A stretch of 63,801 bases of DNA from Rhynchobatus australiae (Eukaryota), in NCBI GenBank assembly GCA_034780895.1, contig JAUZTB010000001.1, forward strand, positions 45,888,633 through 45,952,433, in the 5' to 3' direction. A program made the position numbers and the translations under genes. Under the pieces are notes generated by a model. That model ran no database searches and was not told the origin of the DNA. It saw nothing but the letters and a program-made list of their open reading frames with translations. Positions 25,961 to 38,984 of this stretch are shown here, in pieces. Position 1 is the stretch's first letter, and each line of letters starts with the position of its first letter.

Positions 25961-28032
25961 CCTCCTGTTCAACTGAAGCTTTTAACATTTCAACTAAGAT
26001 GGTTTCGTATGGGACATCATAAGTCCCCTGACAGGACTGGATAGGAATTCCAGAAACAAAATACTAATAAAGTGACAATAAAAAAAACTGCACTAACTGA
26101 TCAAATCCTACCTAACTCTCAGTACACCTGACATTAAAATTCTGCCCTTTATATGAAGCACTGTCTTTAATATTCCCTTGCAAATCCATTCTAGTCGAAC
26201 CTACAATAGGGTCTGGTCCTCAAAATCCAGTGGACAAAGAGTCCTTCTGCTTCCCTTGGCAAAATGATTGGAATTCCCTTTGACCGTGCACCTATTTCCC
26301 ATTCCTCCACCATCTATGCTGTTTTACTGTTGAACGTCAGCTATACAAAACTCTGTGCAAAGGAATCTTATCAGTGTTTGCTGTTTTGTATCAGCATAAG
26401 CTCCTAGGATTTAGTGCCAACATATTGCATAAGAAAATGCGTATGCTGTAAAATAAATCTCTGCATCTGTAGTCCTGCCTTATTCTGCATGAGCTGGGAA
26501 GAGAATGTGGGAAGTAGGGCTCACTGGTGTGACTTGTGTTATGATGTATGCGTATGCCATAACACAATGTTCTGTTATCACTCCTTATCTCAGAGGTACC
26601 TAAGGTTCCCCTGGGTGCTGGTACAAATGGCATTTTATCTGTGCTGTTTAAATAATTCCAGGAAATCATGTCAGCTTTCAGCACTCCTGGGAATGTAGAG
26701 TGAATATTAATTTCTAAAGGCAAAGCAGAAAATCACTGCATTCACAGATATTCTCAGGTATGTTACTTAACAAAATGCCAGTGGACATGAGCCAAAACAC
26801 AGCACAATGGAAGTGCCTCATTGTTAGCAAACTGATGGGAATTCCCTTTCTGGCTTGTTTTGCAGGACTCTTTGCTGGCACTGAAATAGGCAATGCAATA
26901 TATGAAACAGCAATTCTTTTCCTCAGCTTTGGGAGATGACAACACAACAGACAATGCGAGGTGAAGTGTAAGCCCACAGAAAAGAGGTGGGCTTTGGGTG
27001 AGGTGGGATATTAACATTTTAGAGAACACCACACATGGCCCTAATCTGCCTTGAGCCCACCCATTTCATGTTTAGAAGGAGATATATGAGTGGGATCTGA
27101 GGACAGCCAACAGGCTGCAGAAGGCTGGCCATTTAATTGGCGTGATGTTGCTGTGTGCCTCAGACTGAGTCTCCCGTTTAATAACATCCTTACCTGACCG
27201 GGCTTGCTGAGCCCTGGGAATCCGAATGGAAGGTACTGCATCTGGCAGGTTAAATGCCTTTTAACTCAAACCAGATTAACTGTTTCCCCACCTGTTGTGA
27301 TTGGATTCCCTGTCCTGGGCCCTCTGTCTCTCTGATCCACCTCACCTGACCTTTCTGATCTACTCCCAGTTCACCTTACCAATTCCTCCACTGTTTCCCA
27401 ATGCCTTTGATCTTGCCTCAGGTCTTAACTATACCACCCCCGCCCCCTGCCCCCCCCCCCCCNNNNNNNNNNTAAGCTTCTCAATCTGACTGGCTGCAGA
27501 CAAAAAATGTTAAAAGCTTAAACATGCTGCATGATCTTCTGGGTTTTTTGACCACAAAATAATTTCTTGCTCCCTGCCTACCTTCTCCAAAACATGGCCT
27601 ATATGTCAACTGACTTCAACGGTCATCACTGCCTTGCTGAATCTGATACTCACCCAATAAGTGTCACAGCGAGTGATCGGGAGCACAAGTGTTCATTCAT
27701 TCCTTCCCNNNNNNNNNNNNNNNNNNNNNNNNNNNNNNNNNNNNNNNNNNNNNNNNNNNNNNNNNNNNNNNNNNNNNNNNNNNNNNNNNNNNNNNNNNNN
27801 NNNNNNNNNNNNNNNNNNNNNNNNNNNNNNNNNNNNNNNNNNNNNNNNNNNNNNNNNNNNNNNNNNNNNNNNNNNNNNNNNNNNNNNNNNNNNNNNNNNN
27901 NNNNNNNNNNNNNNNNNNNNNNNNNNNNNNNNNNNNNNNNNNNNNNNNNNNNNNNNNNNNNNNNNNNNNNNNNNNNNNNNNTTCCTTCCCAGCTCAGGGC
28001 ATCAAGGACAACTGCATCATCTGACATCCTGA

Positions 28033-29330
28033 CGTCGTGGGGAAGTTACTGGAGGGAATTCTGAGAGACAGGATCTACCAGCATTTGGATAGACATGTCT
28101 GATTAGGAGGAGTCAGCATGGCTTTGTGGGTGGGAAGTCGTGTTTGATGAATCTTTTAGAGTTCTTTGAAGAGAAAACCAAAAGGGTAGATGAGGGTAGG
28201 GCCGTGGATGTTGCCTGTTTGGACTTTAGCAAGGCTTTTGACTCGGTCCCCCATGGTAGGCTGGTCTGGAAGGTTAGGTCCCATGGAATCCAGGGAGAAC
28301 TTGTTAGGTGGATTCAAAATTAGCTTGGAGGTAAGAAGCTGAGAATGGTGATTGAAGGTTGTTTCTTGGAATGGAGACCGGTGACCAGCGGTGTGCCACA
28401 GGGGTCAGTGTTGGGACCCTTGTTGTACGTTATTTACGTAAATGATTTGGATGTGAATGCAAGTTTGCAGATAACATGAAATTAGGAGGTGTTGTTGATA
28501 GTGAAAAAGGTTATTGTAGATTAGAGGGGGATCCTGATCAGTTGGGGAAGTGGACAGAGGAGTGGCAAATGGATTTTAATATCGATGAGTGTGAAGTGAT
28601 GCATTTGGAAAGTCAAACAAGAGTAGGACTTATACTGTGAATGGTAGGGCACTAGTAAGTGCAATGGAACAGAAGGACCAAGGAGTACAAGTGCATAGTT
28701 CACTGAAAGCAGTGCCACAGGTATACAGAGTGGCGAAAAAAGTGTTTAAGGCTGGACATTATGTTGCAATTGTATAAGGTGGCGGTAAGGCCACACTTAC
28801 TGTGTACAGTTTTGGTCACCCTGTTATAGGAAAGACGTGGTTAAACTGGAGAGAGTGCAGAAAAGATTTATGACAATGTTGCCAGGACTAGAGGGCCTGA
28901 GTTATAGAGAGAGGTTGGCCAGGCTAGGTCTTTATTTCTTGGAATGTAGGAGAATAAAGGGCGACCTTATAGAAATGTTTAAAATTATGAGAGGCATAGA
29001 TAAGGTGGATGGCAACAGTCTTTTCCCCGGGGTAAGGGAGTCCAAAACTAGGGGGCATAGATGTAAAGTGAGAGGGGAAAGATTTAAAAGGGACCTGAGG
29101 GGCAACTTTTCCACACAGATCGTGGTGAATACATGGAATGGGCCACCAGAGGCAGTGGTTAAGGCAGGTACAAGATTATCATTTAAGAAGCACCTGGTTG
29201 GGTACCATGGAGGGTAAGGGCATGGAGGGATATGGGCCAAAAGTAGGAAATTGGGACAAGCTAGTTGGACAGCATGGTTGATAAGCACTTGTTGGGCTGA
29301 AGGAACTGCATCTGTGCAGTGTTACTCTAT
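28033..29330 (+). mobile_element. CR1 LINE, 5'-truncated: RT domain to 3' UTR, inactive
   Basis: SQHGFVGGKSCLMNLLEFFEE...LDFSKAFDSVPHGRL (ORF 28126..28323), [29 protein letters not shown], and KLERVQKRFMTMLPGLEGLSYRERL (ORF 28837..29217). Stop at 28321 plus internal deletions. Confidence 0.95.
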
Positions 29331-29550
29331 GGTATTGGTATTGGTTTATTATTGTCACTTGTACTGAGGTACAGTGAAAAGCTTGTCTTGCATACCGATT
29401 GTACTGACCTGTGTAATCAATTCATTACACAGTGCAGTTACATTGAATTAGTACAGAGTGCATTGAGGTAGTGCAGGTAAAAACAATAACACTACAGAGT
29501 AAAGTGTCACAGCTACAGAGAAAGTGCAGTGCAATAAGGTGCAAGGTCAC
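29331..29550 (-). mobile_element. Rex1/Babar 3' UTR with (CCAATA)n tail
   Basis: ggtattggtattggtttattattgtcacttgtactgaggtacagtgaaaag is the reverse complement of the tail that follows the Rex RT at 38621-38746. It runs into a gap. Confidence 0.85.
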
Positions 29551-32500
29551 NNNNNNNNNNNNNNNNNNNNNNNNNNNNNNNNNNNNNNNNNNNNNNNNNN
29601 NNNNNNNNNNNNNNNNNNNNNNNNNNNNNNNNNNNNNNNNNNNNNNNNNNNNNNNNNNNNNNNNNNNNNNNNNNNNNNNNNNNNNNNNNNNNNNNNNNNN
29701 NNNNNNNNNNNNNNNNNNNNNNNNNNNNNNNNNNNNNNNNNNNNNNNNNNNNNNNNNNNNNNNNNNNNNNNNNNNNNNNNNNNNNNNNNNNNNNNNNNNN
29801 NNNNNNNNNNNNNNNNNNNNNNNNNNNNNNNNNNNNNNNNNNNNNNNNNNNNNNNNNNNNNNNNNNNNNNNNNNNNNNNNNNNNNNNNNNNNNNNNNNNN
29901 NNNNNNNNNNNNNNNNNNNNNNNNNNNNNNNNNNNNNNNNNNNNNNNNNNNNNNNNNNNNNNNNNNNNNNNNGATGGTGAATTACTAAATTTGTTATCCA
30001 TTCCTTCAGCCCACTGTGTTTATCACACTCCACATTTCCCCTTAAAAGGAAATTCAGTTTTCAAGTTTTGCAGTGCAGTTGTCTCACTGCCAGACTTGGA
30101 AGACAGTTTCAAATACTAAATTATCAAGTAATTTAGCAAAGAGAAATGAATACTTGAAAAATGATAGACCTCCTCCCCCTTGAAATCTGATCATGTTCAA
30201 CTGCCAACCAACCACTTAGACAACTGGATGCAGTGAAAGTTAACATCATCTGTGATGGTATCAAGTTAACCTCAAGCCATGTAGAACTCTAATTTTGTAT
30301 GTCTGATTTTGTTGATTCCAAGCAAAAGATCTTAGAGCACCATCATTCAACTATTGCAGGGAAATCTTAACTGCTGGGTTAGAGAAATGGCTGAACTCCA
30401 TTAAAGCATCAGAATGAAGGCAGATTCACTGTCAAATGGTAAAGAGTGGATACTTAAAACTACTTTGTCTCCATTTTTGCAGAAACACTGTTTTTCAATA
30501 GAAACTTCTTTCTTACTACCCGCAGAGTCAAATATTTAAAAACAAGATGGTAGTTTTGAACCATTCACCGATTTTGAATGCTTTTGAACCTATATTAAAC
30601 CATTCCTTTTTTTCAGTATTAAATAGTTCATCCTTTTTTTTATGGTGTTAGGAAATTTTAGAGTCACACAAGTAATGATTAAACATAATTTCATGCTAAA
30701 AACAAAATAAGTAGCTTGCGGACTACAAATGCCTATACTGGAATATATATGAGGCTGGAACACTGTGGAGGTTTCCTGCAGTACTTCCCCCAGCAAGGAT
30801 TATATAACAGCTGGAGGGAGGGCGATAGTCAAACATCTTCACCATTGGAAAATTCCACCGGTATTATTTATATGAAAAATTGGTCCATTTAAATGAGTAC
30901 CTTTCCTTTCAGACTGTGCTTCCTGTTTCCTTGCTAACGATCTCCTCTGTGCAGGATAAGTGCTTGTCTGTCTGTGTCCATGATATAAAACAGATTTAAG
31001 CTCAGTGATTTATTAAAACTGTTCATTAAGTTAAGGGCCATTCCTGTGCGATGAAGCCATCAACATGAACTGTGGTATATTCTAATAACATGTTAAGAGC
31101 TTGGGGCAAATAGAAAAAAAAGTGTAGAAAGAAGAGTTGTGTTTTTACTTAATTTTCATGCCAAATCTAATTTTAGTAATATTAAAATGCTCCACAAGTG
31201 GTACAAAAATGAAAGTGGATACTGGAAACTTAACTATTGTGAAACTCTGGCACTGAATGATGGAAAATCTAGCAAAGATTAATAACAAATGGTACTTCTT
31301 TCTCAGAAAGTTTCTGACATTGGCTGAATGTTGTTCTGCACAAATGTCTTGAACTATTGGTGCAACTGTACCAATGATAAATTAAGTTAAATTATTAGTT
31401 GCTGGAAAATTGTTGATTATAAATTCAGTCTGATTAATATTTAATAGTCTCAGTTACAGAGATATTTAATAGTCCATTCTTCTTCCAAGCAATTGTGTGG
31501 TTGATTACAATGAAACCCTTTTTTAACCAGGATAAAATATTTTGCACAATACTATGCATAATACCTATGAATGGTAGCCTGCCGCATTTAATAGGGCTCC
31601 ACTGCAATTTTTCAGGGGTTCACCAGTTTAAATATTATTGTGTTGATTTAAGCATAATGCATGCAGCTTGTGAGTAGTTAAAATTTCAGCTGTGCATGCT
31701 TTAATATTATTTATATTAAACCTATCAAATTCCACCTAGAAATTCAGTTTCTCATGTGCAACAGCAAAAGATATCTATTGTGGGATACATGGAGTTGAAC
31801 AAAGTAATGATAGGTTGTCATATGTGGCTGTACATCATTATGAGAAGTTTCAAGTTATTTTTCAAGGAAGGCAAATACCTCTTGGTCTTTTTTCCCAGAC
31901 TAGTATATGGTTAAGTAAATAGCAGTTCAGCATTGCATGTGTGGAATGGGGGGTTTGGGAGCTTTGGTGTGTCAGAAGGAAATGGGAGCCAAATTCCTCT
32001 GGAATGAACTGGGAGGAAATTACAAACTGGCAGCCTGCTTGACCACATAATATTAAGGTTCTTCCTAAGCATGTAGTTGTGCCAGATCTCAGTAGGTGAG
32101 GATGATGAAATAATAAAGTGCTTCCCATGTGTGCTTTTCATTAGGCGTGTGTTTTGTTTTCTTTCTCTGTGCTGTGGAAACATAACAGTGGTGCTCACTT
32201 CTGTTGGCCCAGATTGAGTTAATCTCTGGTGGCCAACAGCTGCATAAATAATTGAAAACCAGCAATCGCAATAATTACTAGAAGGTTGTACCTTGATAAT
32301 GGGAATGATTTGCCGGACCTACTTTCAGTCTTAGATAGGCAGCTATCCAAAATGAGCTGTCTTACAAAGCTCAGATAAAAGGCATAGACTTGAGATTTAT
32401 TGATGTGTTTCAAGAACTCTACTTCCTTTTGGCTTTTGCCAACCCCTACGCATTCCACTTGGACTGGTTGCAGTCCACCTCCACCTGTCATCAGCGTTCT

Positions 32501-34460
32501 CTAATTATGATCTTGAACTTTGTATGTTCATCATAATATATCTAACAAGGTAGTTTTCCCAAGTACATTTTGAGCAATATGTGACATTTGTGTGATTTCT
32601 TGCTCACTGTTATGAATGTGAAAAATTGCTGTTAAACATTACAGATTATCAACCACCAAGTTAAATGAGAAAAGAGGAGGTAAAGCTCCCAGAACTAATA
32701 TTCTTCGTAATATTAGTTGGATAATCTAAAAAATGTGTTAAATTATTTCTTTATGAGCAGCAGTTTTGAATAAATTAATATTAAAACATTGAAACACTAA
32801 TGTCCCCCACAGTTCTTCACAGGTTATATAAGAAAGGCTGAGATTCAGAGACTGTGCAACAGCATTTTCTTATTTCCAGTAGAAAGAACTATCTCATGGA
32901 AAACATGGTAAACATTTTACAATTACTGCCAACTATCTGAATAAAAGATCTGAATGCTCACATTCCTTAAAAATGGGTGTAATAAATTAATTTAAACATG
33001 TTGCTTAATGAAAGAAGTAAATCTTACCCACTCATTACAATTTTAGTATGAGCACATTAGTTAGACAGCTGGCCTGTTTGAAAAAGAATTGTGGAGTATG
33101 ATTGTAGCTATTCATTAGTGGGAATGTTCCATTGCATACACCGGTGTAATAGAAGTAACATTTTCTAACTAGCAATAGACCCAATAGTTCTATCTGCTGA
33201 CTCTTGATAACCATAAGAATGTCCCAACTTACTTGGTGATTATGTATTATACATGATAGTCACATTTATATATTCATCCCAGTTTTCGATTTGTGTCATT
33301 CAGTAAAATACAGACTGTTGAGTTTATGTAGCAATTTAACTGAACATGTTAGGGATTAGATATCCACTGTACACAAAGCTCACACTGTAAAAGGCCTGTG
33401 CCAAATTCGTCTGTTTGTCAGGTTAGCCTGATAATTTCCAAATAACATTAGAGGGAATTGGCTCGGGGCTGCCCTTAACACCACAGAAAAGTTTATGTGC
33501 ATCACAACCTTCTCTTTTTTTTATACTGTTTGAGCTGATGTTGAGATGGCAAGTAGACTTAGGCAGGAGCAAGCTGAAACAATGAACACATTAATCTGTC
33601 AGTTTAATGGCAGTAATGAATTTAAGGCAGCATGTTCATTGAGGTTTCAGCATGCTGCTATCTATTAATTTCATGCTTTGCCTCATGCCAGAAGAAACAC
33701 TGGTGTCCTAGAATCCACATTAAAGCTGTGTGGTGTATTGCCAAATTAGTTCACATCTGTGGATGAAGCTGGTCATAACTATGAAATTTTATGGGCTAAT
33801 TTCCCACAGTATGGATTTGTGCCAGTTGAATTCAGGATGTCTGATTTGAGCCAAATTTGGATACTTTAGATTAATTCACATGAATATGAAACTCAACCAT
33901 ATCCGATTTGCATTTTTCAAATTACCTCTTCTAATATCAGTTCATTTTTCACATTTTTTTAGGAAGAAGGGCACAACTTTTAATGCACTCTCCAATGAAG
34001 TTATTTGAACACTTTTTGGATTTTGAAACCTCTGAAGCTTACTCTGTTATTTTCTGGATTAGTTTTCTTCCTAATTTTTCTTTCTTTTCTTTCATGCTGC
34101 TCTAACCACACGCCATCTAAAATTAAGTAGAATTACATAAACCTCAATGCACAGAAAAAGACAGTTCTGGCCAGTTTTCTCTGCTGAGGTTTCTGCTCTA
34201 TGCAAGGAAAAAGCACGAATGGAATTCTGATGTTGGTGTTACACAAAATTCTTGCAGTTTTCTTAAAATAGTGTCTGGATGTTCATTAAAGTACTCTTGT
34301 TAAATGCAAAATATTATGAATATTAACTAAGTACCTACCAAACTGTGATTGCGCTCAGTAACTTCAAAGCATTTAGAGAAAGCTGTTTACAGCTTTAGTT
34401 GGCCTGAAGTGATCTATCTTTTTAAACACACAAAGTAGATAAGAAGGTAACGTAAGAAAT

Positions 34461-34690
34461 CTTTATTAGTCACATGTACATTGAAACACATAGTGAAATG
34501 CATCTCCTGTGTAGAGTGCTCTGGGGGCAGTCTGCAGGTGTCGCCACGCTTCCGGTGCCAACGTAGCATGTCCACAACTTCCTAATCTGTACGTCTTTGG
34601 GATGTGGGAGGAAGCCGGAGCACCCGGAGGAAACCCACACAGACACGGGAGAATGTACAACCTCCTTACAGACAGTGACAGGAATTGATT
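34461..34690 (-). mobile_element. V-SINE with Rex1/Babar-like 3' tail
   Basis: V-core (tgtgggaggaagccggagcacccggaggaaaccca on the + strand). The reverse-complement tail is tttcactatgtgtttcaatgtacatgtgactaataaag, and the same tail end appears at 20047-20075. Confidence 0.85.
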
Positions 34691-34699
34691 GTAGTGTTT

Positions 34700-35490
34700 T
34701 TACTCATTTTAAGGATGAAGGCATGGCTGCTCAACCCAGCAAATTCTGTCCATCCCGAATTGCCCCTTTAAAGGTGGTAAACACCTTCTTGAACCACTGC
34801 AGACATTCTTCTGCAGGTCCTTCCACAATGTTGTCGGATAGGGAGATCCAAGATTTAGACCCAGCAAAGACGAAGGAATGGCGATATGTTTCCAAGTCAG
34901 GATGGTGTGTAGCTTGGAGGGGAGCCTGAAGGTTGCTGTGTTCCCTTGATCCTACTATCCTTGTTCTAACTGGTGTGGAGGTTGTGTGTTTGGGAGGTGC
35001 TGATAGAGTAGCTTAGGCATTTTGCAGCATGGCATGCTAGTGATGACAGGAATAAATGTTTAAGGTGATGGATGAAGTGCTATTCAAGCTTTTCCTGGAT
35101 GGAGTGAAACGTCTCAAGTGTTCTTGGAACGACAGTCATTCAAGCAAGTGGAAGTCATTCCATCATGCTCCTGACTTGTGCCTTACAGTTGAAGGAAAGG
35201 CTCTGGAATGTCAGGGGGTGAGTCAACCTCTGACTTGCTCTTCTAACTACTGTGTTTATATGACTGGTCCAATGGATTATCGTTTCAATGGTGTCCTTCA
35301 GGATGTTAATAGTGGGGAATTTGGCATGATAATGTTGTCAAGTATCAAGGGTAGGTTTGTAGACTCTCTCTGGTAGGGAATGGTCATGATTTGGTACGTT
35401 TGTGATACAACTGTTGCTTATCACTCAACCCAGGCCTGACTGTAGTGCAGCTCTTGCTGCTGCTGCAGACATGGACTGCCTCATTTGTTG
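34700..35490 (-). mobile_element. CR1/L2-group LINE 3' portion (7315-type)
   Basis: Reverse homologue of 7315-7785 and 49770-50150 (cttcttgaaccactgcag...ggcgatatgtttccaagtcaggatggtg). Confidence 0.75.
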
Positions 35491-35989
35491 AGCCTTCCTC
35501 CTTTAATTTTCCCTCTCATGGTACTCTGTCACATTTAACCTGCTTGTTATATATCTAACAGCGAGGCCTCCAAAGCACCAGAGAAAATGTTGTGCTTGTG
35601 CAGCCTTAATTCTTTTGGTCCCTCCTTGCTGCCTTCTCTCATTGTTGCTGCAGCTTGAGTGGTAAAGCTTTTCCTTCTGCTCACCCCCTGCCACCGACTC
35701 CGTCCCCAGCCACCTTCACTCCCTTGATTTCCTTTATCCTTACAATCTGTATTTTTTTCTGTTCACTTCACGACTGCTGGTCTTTCCCAATACCAAATAA
35801 AATGACCACTCAGTGTCTAGACCACTGTTCTAGCCGTTGAACTCCATCGTGCAGAGACACCCTAATTTATATAACTTCTGGGGGCCTTCAGGAGCTTTGC
35901 ACAGAATCCCTGAGTGAAAGCCTTTGGTCAATGATATTGGCAAATGCAGAGTACGTTGGGTGCTTTGTAAGCTTCAGCTACAGCAGGGA

Positions 35990-37375
35990 AGGAGACTGGT
36001 TAATCTGTTGAGTCTGTACCTACTCGGTGTAACACCAATCCAGCTGGCCTACAAAGCCCTGCATATTCTTCCCTTTCAGAAACTTATCTACCTCTCTTCA
36101 GAAAGCTACAAATAAATCTGCCTCTATTATTATCACTGACTGTACATTCCAGGCCCTTTCTTACTGTGTGAAGATGTTTTGCTTCATGTCCTATTGTTCT
36201 TTAGCCAACCACCTTCATTCTATGATCCTTAGTTCTTGATTCCTCTGCCGATGAGAACACTTTTTATCTACTCTGTCTATAACTTGCATGATCTTAAGTA
36301 CCTCTACCAGATCCCCTTGCAACTTGATGAAAAATGCAATAATGCTGGAGGATCTCAGCAGGCCAGGCAGCATCCGTGGAGAAAAGCAGGCAGTCAACTT
36401 TTTGGGTCTTCTTCAGGAGGATTCTGACCCGAAACATTGACTGCCNNNNNNNNNNNNNNNNNNNNNNNNNNNNNNNNNNNNNNNNNNNNNNNNNNNNNNN
36501 NNNNNNNNNNNNNNNNNNNNNNNNNNNNNNNNNNNNNNNNNNNNNNCTGGATTCCAGCATCTGCAGCCCTTTGTTTCTCCCCTTGTAACTTCCTCTGTTC
36601 CAACCAAATTCACCAACCCCTGTGCATCTTTTCTAAAGTGCAGTGCCCACAGCAGCACACAATGTTCCATTGTGGCCAAACCTGTGTTTTAGGAAGGCGC
36701 ATCATGACATTCTTGTTCTTGACGTCTGTCACTCTGTTTACAAAACCTGGGATTCCGAATGCTTTTAATTACTTTCTCAACCCATCTCACCAGTTTCAAT
36801 GAATTTTGCACATATAACCCAAGATTGCTCTGTTCTTGTTTCCCTTTCAGAATTGTACTCTCTAGTTTATATTGTCTCTTCTCATTCTTAACTACCACTT
36901 TGCAGTTCTCTGCATTAAATGTTATTGGTCACTTCCCCACCAACCTTCCTACATCTCCCTATTAACTCCCTCACAGTTCATAATGACTCCACGTTCTGCA
37001 ATTATCTGCACATTTGTAAATTGTGCTCTGTTGCTACCAAGTCAAAGTCATTAATGTATATTAAGAAAAAACAGTGGTCCTGGGGAATTGTGCTCTGGTG
37101 TACCTCCTTCCAGTCTGAGAAGCAACTTCTCACAATTAACCTTTGTTTCACGTTCCTTAGTCGATTTACTATCCACTCTGCAGCAGGCGCTTTGATTCCA
37201 TCTTGATGACAAGACTATTATGCAGCACCTTATCCATTGCTGTTTAGAAGTCCATACATATTGCATCAGCTGCATTCCTCATCAAAATAACTCTTCTCAA
37301 GTTAGTTAGACAAAATTCATCTTTAACAAATTCAGGCTGGCTTTGTCTCATCAATCTATATTTGTCCAAGTGAAT
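35990..37375 (-). mobile_element. Decayed CR1 LINE, split by a PLE-terminus insert at 36326-36577
   Basis: Minus-strand remnants LQGDLVEVLKIMQVIDRVD, ALHFRKD, QEQSNLGLYVQNSLKLVRWVEKVIK and DAICMDF*TAMDKVLH. Confidence 0.8.
36326..36577. mobile_element. Head-to-head (inverted) PLE terminal repeats with hammerhead remnants, flanked by a 14-bp TSD
   Basis: Left arm tgctggaggatctcagcaggccaggcagcatcc...ggcagtcaac. Right arm gacccgaaacattgactgcc-[gap]-gattccagcatctgcag. Flanks are tccccttgcaactt (36312-36325) and tccccttgtaactt (36578-36591). Confidence 0.8.
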
Positions 37376-37407
37376 CTGAAGAATGCACACTTTTAAAAAA
37401 GTTGATT

Positions 37408-37918
37408 AAACATGGAACATAGAACAGGACAGCACAGGAACAGGCCCTTCAGCCCACAGTGTTTGTGCTGAACATGATGCCGAATTAAACTAAATCTCTT
37501 CTGCCTGTATATGATCTATATCCCTCCATTCCCTGTATATTCATGTATCTATCTAACAGCCTCTTAAACGCTACTGTTGCATCTGCTTCCATCACTCCCA
37601 CAGTTAGCCCGTTCCAGGCACCTACCACTGTGTAAACAATTTGTCATGCACATCTCCTTTAAACTTGCCCCCCTCTCATCTTAAATGCATGCCCTCTCGT
37701 ACTTGACACTTCTACCTTGGGAATAAGATTCTGACTGTGTCTCCTATCTCTGCTTCTCGTAATCTTAAAAACTTCTATCAGGTCTCCCCTCAGCCTCTGA
37801 TGCTCCAGAGACAGCAACCCAAGTTTGTCCAACCTTTCCTTATTTGCTTATACTCTCTAATCTAGACAGCACCTGGTCACCCTCTTCTGCACCCTTTCCA
37901 AAGCCTCTACATCCTTAT
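37408..37918 (-). mobile_element. CR1 LINE 3' end (younger subfamily)
   Basis: aacatagaacaggacagcacaggaacaggcccttcagccc tail plus ORF2 end remnants (cccgttccaggcacctaccac = VVGAWNGL on the minus strand). Confidence 0.85.
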
Positions 37919-38284
37919 ATTTTAGAGGGCTCGTTTGGTGTCCTTTTAGTAATATACAAAAAATGGAATTATCACAGAAAATTGAAACTATTTAGCAATG
38001 CTCAGTCCACCATTCATGAGGAACATGATTTTAAATAAATGAAAATGACTTAAGGAAAACTGAATGGAAACATTTGCCAGATATTTTGTGTGCTATTGGC
38101 AATTTCTTATTGAACTAAAAAGTTACAATCAAATGCATTTAAAGTCTGCATTATTCTGATTTGGATCTAAAAAAGAAGGGAGCTTAATTTTAAGATCTTT
38201 CTCAAAAGTCTGCAAATGGCCACAATTAATGGAAATTTGCATCAATTTGATTAATTTGACCATGGGATTTGGCCAATGTCTAGC

Positions 38285-38746
38285 ACACCAAACTCCAAGA
38301 ACTAGGACTCAACACCTCCCTCTGTAACTGGATATTTGACTTCTTAACCAACAGACTGCAATCAGTGAGGATAGCCAACAATACCTCTGGCACGATTATT
38401 CTCAACACTAGTGCCCCACAAGGCTGCATCCTCAGCTCTCTACTCTACTCCCTATACACTCACAACTGTGTGGCCAGATTCTGCTCTAACTCTATCTACA
38501 CATTTGCAGATGATACNNNNNNNNNNNNNNNNNNNNNNNNNNNNNNNNNNNNNNNNNNNNNNNNNNNNNNNNNNNNNNNNNNNNNNNNNNNNNNNNNNNN
38601 NNNNNNNNNNNNNNNNNNNNACTACATCAATGCACTCTGTACTAACTCAATGTAACTGCACTGTGTAATGAATTGACCTGTACGATCAGTTTGTAAGCTT
38701 TTCACTGTACCTCGGTACAAGTGACAATAGTAAACCAATACCAATA
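38285..38746 (+). mobile_element. Rex1/Babar LINE: RT fragment, gap, 3' UTR and (CCAATA)n tail
   Basis: [75 protein letters not shown] (PQG and FADD motifs). Tail ttcactgtacctcggtacaagtgacaatagtaaaccaataccaatac. Confidence 0.92.
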
Positions 38747-38984
38747 CATCTTTTTTCTGGATTAATGCACAAGATTGCAGAAAATTCTTTGGAACTGAAG
38801 GTCTTTGTTTGAAATTGCAGAATCTTTTGCGCTGATTCAGCTGATTTAGAATGAATTACACTGAAAGAAATAGAATGGAAACTGCAATCATGTAAAGCTT
38901 TAATGAAGTTGCATCTGAAATATTGTCTAGAGATTTGATCTTCCTATCTCAAAAAGAACATATTTACCACATAGGGAATAAATG

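Noticed and set aside
26865-26960. Possible small exon LFAGTEIGNAIYETAILFPQLWEMTTQQTMR
   Set aside because: Weak donor (gtgaag) and no recognisable protein.
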